60,657 nt of DNA from an uncultured Gammaproteobacteria bacterium (lineage in GTDB: Bacteria > Patescibacteriota > Microgenomatia > Daviesbacterales > UBA10151): positions 116,062 to 176,718 of the forward strand of contig CAZAZW010000001.1 of assembly GCA_964489875.1 (NCBI GenBank). The letters run 5' to 3'. The translations under genes and the position numbers were made by a program. Shown piece by piece: positions 8,659-18,622 of this stretch. Under the pieces are notes generated by a model that saw only the letters and a program-made list of their open reading frames with translations, ran no database searches and was not told where the DNA came from. Within the stretch, counting starts at the first letter, position 1; every line of letters starts with the position of its first letter.

Positions 8659-10823
8659 GGTTTTCCCGATGGATTGTGTACTAATTTATAGATTTTCACC
8701 CCATAAAGATCTCTCTCCCATTCAATTTTTGACATACCAAAGGCGGCAATCTCATATTTGGCATTGTGGGTGGGATCACAAACGGGATCCTCACAAACTA
8801 CAAATAACTGATCAGTTTTATCAAAAGGAACTTGTTTTGGTTTATGACCATAAAGGTCTAAGTAAAATTGATAAGCAGAATCATAGTTGCTTTTGGCAAT
8901 TAAGGCAAAATTAAAATCCCGGCTGCCGGCTTCGTTAATCACGAATTTAGCAACATCCTGGGTTCTTTTCAACTGATTATTTGGAGAACTTAAAAGTGGA
9001 GTCTTTTGCAAATTAACCATTGTTAAAACTAGCAATAAAATTATTATTCCACCAGTTACCGCCCACTTCATTCTGCTTAATATCTTGTATCCATAAAAAA
9101 CAGATGCCCCTAAAAGAAGAAACGGCACCGGATTCATAAATCCTAAGTAATGATCATAAATATTTTGTTGGTAGAAGGTAAGTCCAAACAGTCCCACTAT
9201 CAACCAAACACCTAAAAGCATTTTGGGCCAGCTTGATAACTTATATATAAGCACCCCAAGAACTAAAATTGATACTACTATTGTCAAAAAAGAATTCTCA
9301 GCCGCTATATATCTCCCTATTAGATTATAGGAATAAAGAGAGGGTATTCTTGCCAAATTTGCCAGGATATCTGCCTTAACCGCACTGCCGCTACCTAGTA
9401 ACTCCGTAATTGCCCGGTAGTTTAAAAAGTTATGCCTCAAATCAAACCAAACAAGCGGAAACATGATCAGTGCAAAAGACAATATCCCCAACAAAGTTCC
9501 ACTAAACAATTTCTTCATCTTTAACTCTCTACTTCTTCTTAACAAAACCTCATACAACCAAACTATGCCGGCAATTGGCAATAAGATCGCTGCCAGATAA
9601 TGCATCTGCAAAGCTGCCCCTACTGCCAAACCGGTCAGAATAAGCCACAAAAAATTACTCGTTTGATGCAATTTATACAAACTGAATATACTGATTAATG
9701 CAAAAAACGGAGTCGGATTAGGATTCCATGAAGACCTGGAATAAATAATTGTTACCGGCGATATGGCATACAGATAAGCCGCTACTAACCCTGCCTGCCT
9801 GTTAAACCAACTTTTACCTAAGTAATAAATAATAGCAACTGTCATCACCCCCAATAAGGCATTCATTCCAGCGGCTGCCACCGGATTCAACCAAAAAACT
9901 GCCATGGGAGTAGCCATCATGTAATAATAAAGCGGGCCCAGATAAATATTTCCAACAGAGGTAGGAGGACCGACCAAAGGGAAATGATAATCAACTAACA
10001 TATTTTTAATGACAACAGCATCACGCCCCTCATCCCCTAGAAAAGTCATATACTCCGCTAGTCTATAAAACCTCAAAAATGTGGCCAGTGCTAATATGCC
10101 TATTAATAAAATAAATAAACTTTTTTGGTCTTTTAGTTTCCACCATAATCTTAAAAGATCCAGGAAGGATTTAATAATTACTCTTAAATTATTCCCTGTC
10201 GGTTTACCGGAGAGTCTCGGATAATGGTTGACCCCAACTTGACCAATCCTAAAACCCATTTTTTTAGCTTTAATTACCAATTCCGCATTGATCATGGCAC
10301 CTCTCTGAGATTCCAGGTGAGGTATTTTCTCCAATACCTCTTTGCGGACCATCTTAAAACCACAATCCACATCTTTTAAAGTCAGTCCAAAAAATGTCAG
10401 TAATGAGAGTTTCCAGCCTTTACCAAATAATCTTCGAAGGAATGAATCTTGCCGTTTTATCCTGTAACCTATTACTACATCGGCATCTTTAATCTTCTCC
10501 AACAACTTAGTAACCTCGGAAAAATCAAACTGTCCGTCTCCGTCGGTATAGACGATCGTGTCGTATCTTGCATTATAGAAACCGGATTTTAAAGCTTCTC
10601 CGTAACCTAAATTTTTAGCATGATGAATAACCCTAATATGGGGACTCTGCCGAACCAGCTGATCTGCAATCTCACCGGTTTTATCAGTCGAACCATCATC
10701 AATAATAATAATCTCGTATTTAAGCTTAAGCTTTTTTAATACTTCCTCTGCCTTTTTAACACCATCTTCAATATTACCCTCCTCATTTATGCAGGGAAAA
10801 AAGACAGATAAAGAGTTAATCAT
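8655..10823 (-). CDS. Fusion of an N-terminal GT2 (polyprenyl-phosphate glycosyltransferase) and a C-terminal GT-C (ArnT/PMT_2-like)
   Basis: The first ~230 aa have DDGSTD, YTDGDGQFD and DVDCGFK. The remainder has FLGDEGRD, GPLYYY, WNPN and many TM segments. Confidence 0.85.
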   Translation of the reverse strand: MINSLSVFFPCINEEGNIEDGVKKAEEVLKKLKLKYEIIIIDDGSTDKTGEIADQLVRQSPHIRVIHHAKNLGYGEALKSGFYNARYDTIVYTDGDGQFDFSEVTKLLEKIKDADVVIGYRIKRQDSFLRRLFGKGWKLSLLTFFGLTLKDVDCGFKMVRKEVLEKIPHLESQRGAMINAELVIKAKKMGFRIGQVGVNHYPRLSGKPTGNNLRVIIKSFLDLLRLWWKLKDQKSLFILLIGILALATFLRFYRLAEYMTFLGDEGRDAVVIKNMLVDYHFPLVGPPTSVGNIYLGPLYYYMMATPMAVFWLNPVAAAGMNALLGVMTVAIIYYLGKSWFNRQAGLVAAYLYAISPVTIIYSRSSWNPNPTPFFALISIFSLYKLHQTSNFLWLILTGLAVGAALQMHYLAAILLPIAGIVWLYEVLLRRSRELKMKKLFSGTLLGILSFALIMFPLVWFDLRHNFLNYRAITELLGSGSAVKADILANLARIPSLYSYNLIGRYIAAENSFLTIVVSILVLGVLIYKLSSWPKMLLGVWLIVGLFGLTFYQQNIYDHYLGFMNPVPFLLLGASVFYGYKILSRMKWAVTGGIIILLLVLTMVNLQKTPLLSSPNNQLKRTQDVAKFVINEAGSRDFNFALIAKSNYDSAYQFYLDLYGHKPKQVPFDKTDQLFVVCEDPVCDPTHNAKYEIAAFGMSKIEWERDLYGVKIYKLVHNPSGKP

Positions 10824-10870
10824 GAGTATGAGTGTAGCATAATATGGCGAATTTCTGCTATGATTTTAAT

Positions 10871-12040
10871 ATGGCGAAGTCAGTTAAAGACTGTATCTTA
10901 TTGGCATCTTTTACCCTAATTATTACGATTGCAATATGGCTACCTCATATTTTTGCACTTCCAAATTTATGGGGGCTAAATTTTCAATCAGGTTTCAATA
11001 CTATATACCGAAACTTTGATGGGCTAGAATATGTCATTATCGCCAAGACTTTTTATAATCCTGATTCAATAGCGCTACAACAACAATCTCTTCCGGCCAA
11101 TTATTTTGCCTCACATTTTCCCGGATATGCCGTACTAATTGCGCTTTTTGCTCCAATCTTAGGATACCTAAAATCAATGCTTTTTGTATCAGTTTTGTCC
11201 ACAATCCTCGCAACTGTAGCCTTTTACTTTTTAGTTAAAGATTTTAAATTAAGTAGTCATCCGCTTTTTTTGTCTTTTATTTTTTTAATTTTGCCTGCCA
11301 GATGGTTAATTGTGCATAGTGTTGGATCGTCAGAACCTACTTTTATTTTTTTCATTATTGCCGCCATATATTTTTTTATGAAATCCGAACAGTCGGGCCG
11401 GCTACCAAACATGCTTCTGGCAGGGATCTTTGGTTTGCTGGCTCAAATCACCAGGCCACCTGGAATATTGCTTTTTATTGCCCTTTCTTTATATGTCTTT
11501 TACAAACTCTATCTACAAAGCAACCTAACTGGATTCCAAAAAGCACTGGTAAACCACTTAAGATATTTTCCTCTGGTGTTAATTCCATTGGGACTGGTGG
11601 TAATATTCTATCTGTATAGCCAAACATACGGAGATTTTTGGGCCTATTTTAAAAGCGGAGATAATATTCACCTGACATTTCCACCTTTCCAGGTTTTTAA
11701 TAAATTCCAATACTGGGTAGGGGACATTTGGCTGGAAGATATTGTCTATATTTTCTTATTGGGATTTTTAGGAGGAGTAATGTTACTCAAACAGAAACTT
11801 TTTCCCTTAGCATTCTTTGTTTTAACTTACCTAACTGCCTCTACCTTAATTGCCCACCGGGACATCAGCCGCTACCTTTTACCGATTAGCCCTTTTATCT
11901 TAATTGCTTTTGAAAAAATCTTAGTAAGCCGTGAGTTTAAAATTATCCTACCCATAATACTTTTGGCAATATACTTTTATGCCCAAAATTTCATCCTGGC
12001 AAATACTGCCCCAATTCCTAATCTTGAAATGTTTAATTAA
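10871..12040 (+). CDS. GT-C mannosyltransferase-like (PIG-V-like) membrane protein
   Basis: NFDGLEY loop, HFPGY, SEPTF, TRPPG and RYLLP motifs. Start moved from 10844 to ATG 10871, which lies 6 nt after TGCTATGAT. Confidence 0.7.
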   Translation: MAKSVKDCILLASFTLIITIAIWLPHIFALPNLWGLNFQSGFNTIYRNFDGLEYVIIAKTFYNPDSIALQQQSLPANYFASHFPGYAVLIALFAPILGYLKSMLFVSVLSTILATVAFYFLVKDFKLSSHPLFLSFIFLILPARWLIVHSVGSSEPTFIFFIIAAIYFFMKSEQSGRLPNMLLAGIFGLLAQITRPPGILLFIALSLYVFYKLYLQSNLTGFQKALVNHLRYFPLVLIPLGLVVIFYLYSQTYGDFWAYFKSGDNIHLTFPPFQVFNKFQYWVGDIWLEDIVYIFLLGFLGGVMLLKQKLFPLAFFVLTYLTASTLIAHRDISRYLLPISPFILIAFEKILVSREFKIILPIILLAIYFYAQNFILANTAPIPNLEMFN

Positions 12041-13221
12041 TCCTTCTCTTTGCGCCAAGTAACAAAGTGGTTAACCGTAAAATTCCAAAGCATAACAGGG
12101 GGGATGGTAGCAAAAAAGTAAAAATTATTGTAAGCAACGGGGCGACCAAATATATACACCGATCCCTCTCCATAAGTTGAGTGTAAGAATTTAACTATCA
12201 GAACACCTAGCACTAATCCTCCTAAGCTAACTAAGTTAAAAATCCCCAGTTTCTGCCAAATATTTGTCTTAGTTTTTCGGTATCTAAATGTCCAGAAATT
12301 GTTCAAAATAAAATTATTAATGATTGCTATCTCTGTGGAAAAGCCTTTTGCAGTTGCCGGAGTTAACGCCAGCAAATTAATAAAGACCTTATAAAAAAAG
12401 AAGTCTACTATTGTCCCTACAAATCCTACCAAACCAAATTTTACTAACGTTTTAGCCCGGCGGGTTATATAAAAAAATCTAACATGAATACCTAGTTTAT
12501 TTAACAGCGCATCTATGGAATAGGTGATAACGTCATAGGTATAGTTAAAAACTTTATTCTTTGAATAACCTTCTAATCGATTTTTAAAAATTAGTGGTAC
12601 TTCTTTATATTTCGCTCCGGCGAGAATTGCCTCATGTAAAAAAGCCGGCTGCACAATAAAAGTCTGCTCTCTCCAGGGTAACCTCTCTAAATTAATCTTC
12701 TTGAAAAGCCCAGGAGTAAATGCTCTTGCAGAATTAGTAACTTCTTTAATGTTCCAAGGACCAACCATTAATCTAAAAACAAAGGAAGCTCCGTATGTAA
12801 AAATCCTTCTCATGAGGGATAATTGATTCTTGCCGCCACTAACAAATCTGGAACCTATTGCCAGAGAATACCCTTCCTCTATTGCTCTTACAAGTCTTAC
12901 TAACACATCAGGTGCTACCTGACCATCTGCATCAAGTTGAGCCAAAATATCCGGATGCAACTTCTCCAAAGCATACTGATGGCCTTTTATGAGTCCTGTT
13001 CCTAAACCCGGTTCTACTTTTATAAAATGTACCTTGTTATTTTTCTTGATAATTTTTTTCATAATCTCTTCTGTTCCGTCGGAAGACCTAATATCATCTG
13101 CAACAACAACATGTGTTTCGAAACCGGGTAAGTTTTTCTGTTGTTCAAAAACCTTTTCAATAGTATTTTGAACATTTGCTTTTTCGTTATAAGTAGGTAA
13201 AACTACTGTGACTCTTTTCAT
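12037..13221 (-). CDS. GT2 polyprenyl-phosphate glycosyltransferase with a C-terminal GtrA-like domain
   Basis: LPTYNE, LDADGQ and GSRF motifs. The C-terminus has KFGLVG...NNFILNNFWTF...WNFTVNHFVTW, the GtrA pattern. Confidence 0.8.
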   Translation of the reverse strand: MKRVTVVLPTYNEKANVQNTIEKVFEQQKNLPGFETHVVVADDIRSSDGTEEIMKKIIKKNNKVHFIKVEPGLGTGLIKGHQYALEKLHPDILAQLDADGQVAPDVLVRLVRAIEEGYSLAIGSRFVSGGKNQLSLMRRIFTYGASFVFRLMVGPWNIKEVTNSARAFTPGLFKKINLERLPWREQTFIVQPAFLHEAILAGAKYKEVPLIFKNRLEGYSKNKVFNYTYDVITYSIDALLNKLGIHVRFFYITRRAKTLVKFGLVGFVGTIVDFFFYKVFINLLALTPATAKGFSTEIAIINNFILNNFWTFRYRKTKTNIWQKLGIFNLVSLGGLVLGVLIVKFLHSTYGEGSVYIFGRPVAYNNFYFFATIPPVMLWNFTVNHFVTWRKEKD

Positions 13222-13231
13222 TGTTTAATAA

Positions 13232-13271
13232 CTTACTTCTGTAAATTACAAGAAGTAAGATTTTATCTTAC
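13232..13271. promoter_or_regulatory. Overlapping inverted repeats upstream of the GT2-GtrA gene
   Basis: CTTACTTCT-GTAA-A-TTAC-A-AGAAGTAAG at 13232-13259 and GTAAGAT-TTT-ATCTTAC at 13255-13271. Confidence 0.5.
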
Positions 13272-13318
13272 GATTATAATATTTGATAGATTTACTTTTT
13301 ACAATATCAAAAGATGAA

Positions 13319-14334
13319 TCAGGAGAATTTGGCGAGATCTGCATGGACCATAATTTTGACCAGATCCTTAAACTTTGTCTTTGGCTCGCATCCTAAAATC
13401 TTTTTGACTTTTGAGGCATCTCCCACCAAAGGACCTGTCTGCACCGGCGGAATAAAATGCGAATCAACTTCAACATAATCCTCATAGTTTAAACCTGCCA
13501 CACCAAAGGCTTCCGTAGCAAATTCCTTTACTGTGTGTACCTCTCCCGTGGCAACCACAAAATCATCGGCCTCGGTATGCTGCAGCATTTTCCACATTAT
13601 TTCTACATAATCAGGGGCATATCCCCAATCCCTCTTAGCGTCAAGGTCACCTAACTTTACCTTCCCGTTTTTAACAATCGGTTCACCTATTTCGTTTAAA
13701 GGAATGCCTTCTTTTTATTATTTTTGATACAAGCAACCGCTGCCGTAATTTTTCTGGTTACAAAATTTAAACCGCGTCTCGGGCTTTCATGATTAAATAA
13801 AATTCCGCAGGAAATAAATTGGGGTTGCTTTTTATCATGCCTGGCAATAACTGCCATTCTGTGTGCAAACTCTTTGGCTGCTGCGTAAGGATTAGCCGGC
13901 GCAAAAGGAGTATCTTCATTTTGCGGAATCTGTTTTGGGGCGCCGAACATCTCCGAAGTAGAAGCTTGATATATTCGCGCTTCCGGAACAATTATTTTTG
14001 CTCTTTCAAAAACATGCAAAGCTCCAATTCCGGTGACCGTAATTGCTCCCAGTTTATCTGAAAATGAAGCAAAAGGGGAAGACAGCGATGCCAGGTTATA
14101 TATTTCATCCGGCTTAAAATCTAAAAGCGCCAAAGCAATCGATTCCGGAGAATGCAAATCTCCGTAATAAATTTTGACTTCATCTTTAATTGCATTGGCA
14201 TTTCCAAAATCCAGCGCTGCATTTCTTCTGACAAATCCTGCAACTTCATACCCTTTATCCAGTAACAGTTCGCTCAAATATGAACCGTCTTGTCCAGAGA
14301 TACCTGTTATAAAAGCTTTTTTACTGTTTGCCAT
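13319..14334 (-). pseudogene. gmd: GDP-mannose 4,6-dehydratase, split by a 1-nt frameshift
   Basis: The N-terminal ORF has GISGQDGSYL, QASTSEMFG, PYAAAK and NHESPRRG-NFVTRKI. A second frame continues KLGDLDAKRDWGYAPDYV...DDFVVATGE. The span of 1016 nt is one base short of a multiple of 3. Confidence 0.9.
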
Positions 14335-14342
14335 TTTACCTA

Positions 14343-15242
14343 CTATAGCTGATTTCTTGATTGCTCGTCAATCTCTTTTTTAAAAAGCACCAAGCCTTCT
14401 TCAACTGTATGTAGTATTCCCTCCCCAAGTTCTCTCTCAAACTTCGTCGGATTTAACCAGGAAAACTTGAGTAATTTAGCCTTTTTGCCTTTATTATACT
14501 CATCAAAGCTTATGGAGTTTATCAGTGAATAGTTAAGCTTAAAAACTCTAGCAATTGTTTTAGCAAACTCTAAGGGGGTAACGCTATCTGTGCTGCTAAC
14601 GTGATAAAACCCGCTGGAGTTTGCCTCTACCATCAATTTCAAAGCGCCAGCAATATCAGACACAATAGTCGGGGTAACTCTTTGATCCTCAATTGCTTTG
14701 ATACTCTTACCTGCTTTTAACTCTTCCAGAAAAAACCGGGCAACATCTTTTTTAAGTTCATAGTAGGGGCTAAATGGCATACTGATTCTGACAATAGCGA
14801 CGGAGCATCCGCTTTCTAATACGAATTCTTCTCCGAAGAGTTTGGATACACCATACCAATTGATCGGATTTGGTTTGTCTTCCTCTGTGTAAGGACTCTC
14901 TGCTTTTGTGCCGTCAAAAACATACTCGGTTGAAATGTGAATTAATTTTTTATCAAACTCTTTACAAACCAAGGCTACATTTTTAGCTCCGACTGCATTG
15001 ATCAAATAACAAATACCTTCTCTGTCACCCTTTTGATTCTCTGCTTCTTCTACTTGTGTAAAAGCTGCAAAATTTATTATGGTATCCGGATTAAATTCTT
15101 GAGTAATTCTTGCAACAGCATCTTTGTTTAAGATGTCTACTTCTTTTGCCGTCGGAGATTTAATATCAAAGGTGTGATCATAATCTTTTATAAATCTAGA
15201 TCCAACCAAACCACTGCCACCAAGCACTAATATCTTTTTCAT
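14343..15242 (-). CDS. rmlD: dTDP-4-dehydrorhamnose reductase
   Basis: GGSGLVG, HISTEYVFDG and PNPINWYGVSK motifs. Confidence 0.9.
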   Translation of the reverse strand: MKKILVLGGSGLVGSRFIKDYDHTFDIKSPTAKEVDILNKDAVARITQEFNPDTIINFAAFTQVEEAENQKGDREGICYLINAVGAKNVALVCKEFDKKLIHISTEYVFDGTKAESPYTEEDKPNPINWYGVSKLFGEEFVLESGCSVAIVRISMPFSPYYELKKDVARFFLEELKAGKSIKAIEDQRVTPTIVSDIAGALKLMVEANSSGFYHVSSTDSVTPLEFAKTIARVFKLNYSLINSISFDEYNKGKKAKLLKFSWLNPTKFERELGEGILHTVEEGLVLFKKEIDEQSRNQL

Positions 15243-15784
15243 TTGAACTTTTCCGGGAATAAATCCCGGAGTCTAGGATTATTCTTATCCCTTTCGGAAA
15301 TAATCGGATTTTCCACTGGCCACTTGATATTTATATCCGGATCATCCCAAGCAATTGCTCTGGTATCAGTACCATCCCAATAAGCATCTACCAGATAAAT
15401 ATAATCCGCTGGTTGGTCACCTGTTACACAAAGTGAATTAGCCAGTCCGTTCGGGATAAAAAGCCCGATCCGGTTATTATCATCAACATTAAAAGTTTCT
15501 ACTTTGGCGAAAGTTGGAGAATCCGGCCTAATATCAACTATAGCAATAAAAACTTTCCCTGACACCGGGTAGATAATTTTATTCCACTCCTCAGCATGGA
15601 TTCCTCTAATCACTCCCTGCAGGGAGTGTGAATGGTTCATTTGTACTCCATCAAACTTCACTCCTGCCTCTCTTTCCAGCTCATCCTTATGAAATAATTC
15701 CCTAAAAAATCCCCGTTCATCCGAAAATATTAACCTTTCCAAGATTAACAGTCCTGGAATTGAGGTAGTTTTAATGTTTTGCAT
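15239..15784 (-). CDS. rmlC: dTDP-4-dehydrorhamnose 3,5-epimerase
   Basis: DERGFF, QMNHSHS-GVIRGIH, WDDPDINIKWP and ISERD motifs; start taken as ATG 15784. Confidence 0.9.
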   Translation of the reverse strand: MQNIKTTSIPGLLILERLIFSDERGFFRELFHKDELEREAGVKFDGVQMNHSHSLQGVIRGIHAEEWNKIIYPVSGKVFIAIVDIRPDSPTFAKVETFNVDDNNRIGLFIPNGLANSLCVTGDQPADYIYLVDAYWDGTDTRAIAWDDPDINIKWPVENPIISERDKNNPRLRDLFPEKFK

Positions 15785-16778
15785 AAGATTTTTGGGCCGC
15801 ACGGTCAACGTTTGGCCTTCCTTCTTTCAACGGTTTCCACCACCATTCATTTTCTTTAAACCAGCGAATAGTCTCTTCCAATGACTGATCGAATGTATGA
15901 TCCGGTTTCCATCCTAAATTACGGAGAGCAGTCCCGTCGTTAGCATAACGAAAATCATGTCCTAATCTATGCTCCACATATTCTATATAAGACTCATCTA
16001 AACCTAAAACCTCCAGGATTTTACGCGTTACCTCCAAGTTAGTTTTTTCCTCTCCTTGAACCAGGTAGGTCTCCCCCACTTTCCCCTTTTGCAATACCAA
16101 ATCTATTGCTTTTGCGTGATCTAAGACAAAAAGCCATTCCCTGATATTTTCTCCCCTTCCCATTAAAGGAACTTTTTTGCCTTCCAAAAGATTTGTTATG
16201 AATCTGGGAATCAATTTTTCAGGATCATGGTATGGTCCATAGTTATTTGCACAATTGGTAACAGTGATGGGTAATCCATAAGTTTCAAAAAAAGCTTTCA
16301 CCAAATGATCTGCTCCCGCTTTTGAAGCAGCATAAGGAGTTCTGGGTCCAAGCGGTGTTTCCGGGGTAAAGGGCGGATCATCAGGGCCTAAACTTCCATA
16401 CACTTCATCTGTTGAAACATGATGAAACCTTTTAACTTTTGCATCCATGGCAGCCTTCAATAAAACTGCAGTACCCAAGGTATTAGTCTTTACAAACTGC
16501 ATCGGGTCAATTATTGAACGGTCAACGTGCGACTCCGCTGCAAAATGCACCACTACTTCAATCCCTTCCATAGCTTGTTTAACCACATCGCCATCAGCAA
16601 TATCCCCTTTCACAAATTGATAATTAGGATTTTCCTCAATATCTTTCAAGCTTTCCAGATGTCCCGCATAAGTTAACGCATCAAGATTAACAATTTGATC
16701 CTCAGGATGAGATTTTAACCAATAATGGATAAAGTTGGAGCCAATAAACCCGGCTCCGCCTGTAACTAAAATCTTCAT
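15771..16778 (-). CDS. rmlB: dTDP-glucose 4,6-dehydratase
   Basis: GGAGFIGSN, HFAAESHVDRSI, VSTDEVYG, YAASKA and RLGHDFRY motifs. Confidence 0.95.
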   Translation of the reverse strand: MKILVTGGAGFIGSNFIHYWLKSHPEDQIVNLDALTYAGHLESLKDIEENPNYQFVKGDIADGDVVKQAMEGIEVVVHFAAESHVDRSIIDPMQFVKTNTLGTAVLLKAAMDAKVKRFHHVSTDEVYGSLGPDDPPFTPETPLGPRTPYAASKAGADHLVKAFFETYGLPITVTNCANNYGPYHDPEKLIPRFITNLLEGKKVPLMGRGENIREWLFVLDHAKAIDLVLQKGKVGETYLVQGEEKTNLEVTRKILEVLGLDESYIEYVEHRLGHDFRYANDGTALRNLGWKPDHTFDQSLEETIRWFKENEWWWKPLKEGRPNVDRAAQKSYAKH

Positions 16779-17509
16779 TTTGTTTCTTGGATTTTACCTT
16801 TTTTTGCCCAGTAGTTATTAGCCTGAAGTAAGGTATCAAAAGTGCCCGCATCCCACCAATAACCTTTTAGCTCACTCCAACTTAGTTGTCCTTTTTCTAC
16901 ATATCTATTATTTACATCCGTAATCTCCAACTCTCCCCGCCCTGAAGGTTTAATTTGGTCAATAAAATCAAACACCTGGTTATCATAAACATAAACCCCG
17001 GTCACCGCCCACTTAGAATCCGGGTTCTGTGGTTTTTCCGTAATCTTAATTATTTTTGAAGAGTCTTGCGGATCAAATGTGGCAATGCCAAAGCGCTCCG
17101 GATCCGAAACCTCTTTAAGAAAAAGCAAAGCCCCTTGTTTAAAATTCTGGATATCCTCTGTAATGTCTGCATCTGATGTATTATCTCCTAAAATTACTGT
17201 CACACTATCACCTTCCGCAAACTCCCTGGTTAAAGACAAAGCATCGGCAATTCCTCCTTCATTTTCCTGATAAGCATATTCTAAGTGTTTAATACCTAGC
17301 TCATGGCCATTTTTTAGGATAGACATAAAGTGTCCGCAGTGGGGTCCACCAGTCACCACCATTATATCTGTGATACCAGCTTTGACCAAAGTTTCGATCG
17401 GATAGAAAATCATCGGCTTGTTATAAACCGGTAAAAGATGTTTATTTGTTACTTTGGTTAGAGGATAAAGTCTCGTTCCTAAACCACCAGCCAGTATTAC
17501 GCCTTTCAT
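16775..17509 (-). CDS. rmlA: Glucose-1-phosphate thymidylyltransferase (short form)
   Basis: LAGGLGTRLYPLT, KHLLPVYNKPMI, EKP, SGRGELEITD and WWDAGTFD motifs. Confidence 0.9.
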   Translation of the reverse strand: MKGVILAGGLGTRLYPLTKVTNKHLLPVYNKPMIFYPIETLVKAGITDIMVVTGGPHCGHFMSILKNGHELGIKHLEYAYQENEGGIADALSLTREFAEGDSVTVILGDNTSDADITEDIQNFKQGALLFLKEVSDPERFGIATFDPQDSSKIIKITEKPQNPDSKWAVTGVYVYDNQVFDFIDQIKPSGRGELEITDVNNRYVEKGQLSWSELKGYWWDAGTFDTLLQANNYWAKKGKIQETK

Positions 17510-17519
17510 AATTTTCTCC

Positions 17520-17675
17520 TTAAATTATTACTCCAAAAATTAGTATTAAACTTAAAGCCGCAGTTAAAAGATACTCCAGGAGTACTTCCAAAGTCAAACT
17601 TTTATCTTTTTTATGATGCAGTATCGCCCATAAAAGATAGATTAATATACCGACTACCAATATTCTCAAAATCAT
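17520..17675 (-). CDS. Small two-TM membrane protein (51 aa)
   Basis: The ATG overlaps the CAP-gene stop (ATGA). Two hydrophobic helices flank HHKKD...LEYL. Confidence 0.65.
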   Translation of the reverse strand: MILRILVVGILIYLLWAILHHKKDKSLTLEVLLEYLLTAALSLILIFGVII

Positions 17676-18550
17676 AAGATAGCTCCTGGGCTGGCTAACC
17701 ACAAGCTGCCGGCTGTTAAAGAAAGTAATGCCATGTGAGCAATATTATGCGAACTAAGCCTGAAAACTCCTCTTTTCCTAAGTATCCATATATCAAGCGT
17801 TAACAAAACAGCAATTAAGAAAATTGCTGACAGACCGGCTACTTTAGACACTGTATAGGGGTTTATTACTACATTTGTACTTGGTTTAGACTCTACAGCA
17901 GCCAGTGTCAATGTAGGTTTATTTTTCAAATCCTCTGCCGGCACTGCAATTTGTTTCCCTTGAACCTCAATAGTCGGCTTAACTGCAATGTTTGGGGAAG
18001 TTGCGCCAAATTCCTGGACCACTAGAATTGTTTTTTGCCCGTTTAAAACTCCTTCCACTACCGCTATTCCGATATCTTTATATTTAGAGTTTAAAAGGTT
18101 ATCCCTGTGAGTCTGGGATGCCATCCAGGCAGCTACCACGGCTTCTGCAGAAGTGAAATTCTTTGCCAGATTCTCTCCGGCATAGGTAAACTTATAACCC
18201 GCCCCGGAAATAAAATCCCAAGGAGTTTTTCCGCTGGGAGCAAAATGAGCCCAATAATTTTCCTGGAACATGTTTTGGGCTTTGAGTTCTGCTGCCTGAT
18301 CCAGCGCTCCGTTTTCAGAAAGAGGGGAAAGTCCACTTTTTTGCCGCTCATTATTAGTCATCTCTATCAATCTCTTTGAATCGATGTTTCCGGCAATACC
18401 CAAAACTCCGGGTTTGGTATAACCTATGATAGAAAAACTGACCTGCAGCAAAATAAAAAGCAGGATATAAATTACCATTCCTTCCCAAGAAATTAAGTGG
18501 GCTTTTTTGTGAGTGTCTTTATGGGGTAAAATCCAATTTTGCCAGGCCAT
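17672..18550 (-). CDS. Membrane-anchored CAP/SCP-domain protein
   Basis: TNNERQ..GL..L, KAQNMFQENYWAH, AGENLA, WMASQTHRDN and DIGIAV motifs; TM segments at both ends. Confidence 0.85.
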   Translation of the reverse strand: MAWQNWILPHKDTHKKAHLISWEGMVIYILLFILLQVSFSIIGYTKPGVLGIAGNIDSKRLIEMTNNERQKSGLSPLSENGALDQAAELKAQNMFQENYWAHFAPSGKTPWDFISGAGYKFTYAGENLAKNFTSAEAVVAAWMASQTHRDNLLNSKYKDIGIAVVEGVLNGQKTILVVQEFGATSPNIAVKPTIEVQGKQIAVPAEDLKNKPTLTLAAVESKPSTNVVINPYTVSKVAGLSAIFLIAVLLTLDIWILRKRGVFRLSSHNIAHMALLSLTAGSLWLASPGAIL

Positions 18551-18622
18551 ATAGAAAGTATATCATTGTTAGTAAAAAACATTCACCAGTACCAAAATTA
18601 CGCAATTGCGAAAAAGTGGTAC

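Noticed and set aside
13696-13725. Programmed ribosomal frameshift in gmd
   Set aside because: The heptamer is incomplete (T-AAA-AAG), the CTT-TAA site would favour +1 while -1 is needed, and I saw no clear stimulator. It is treated as a mutation or error instead.
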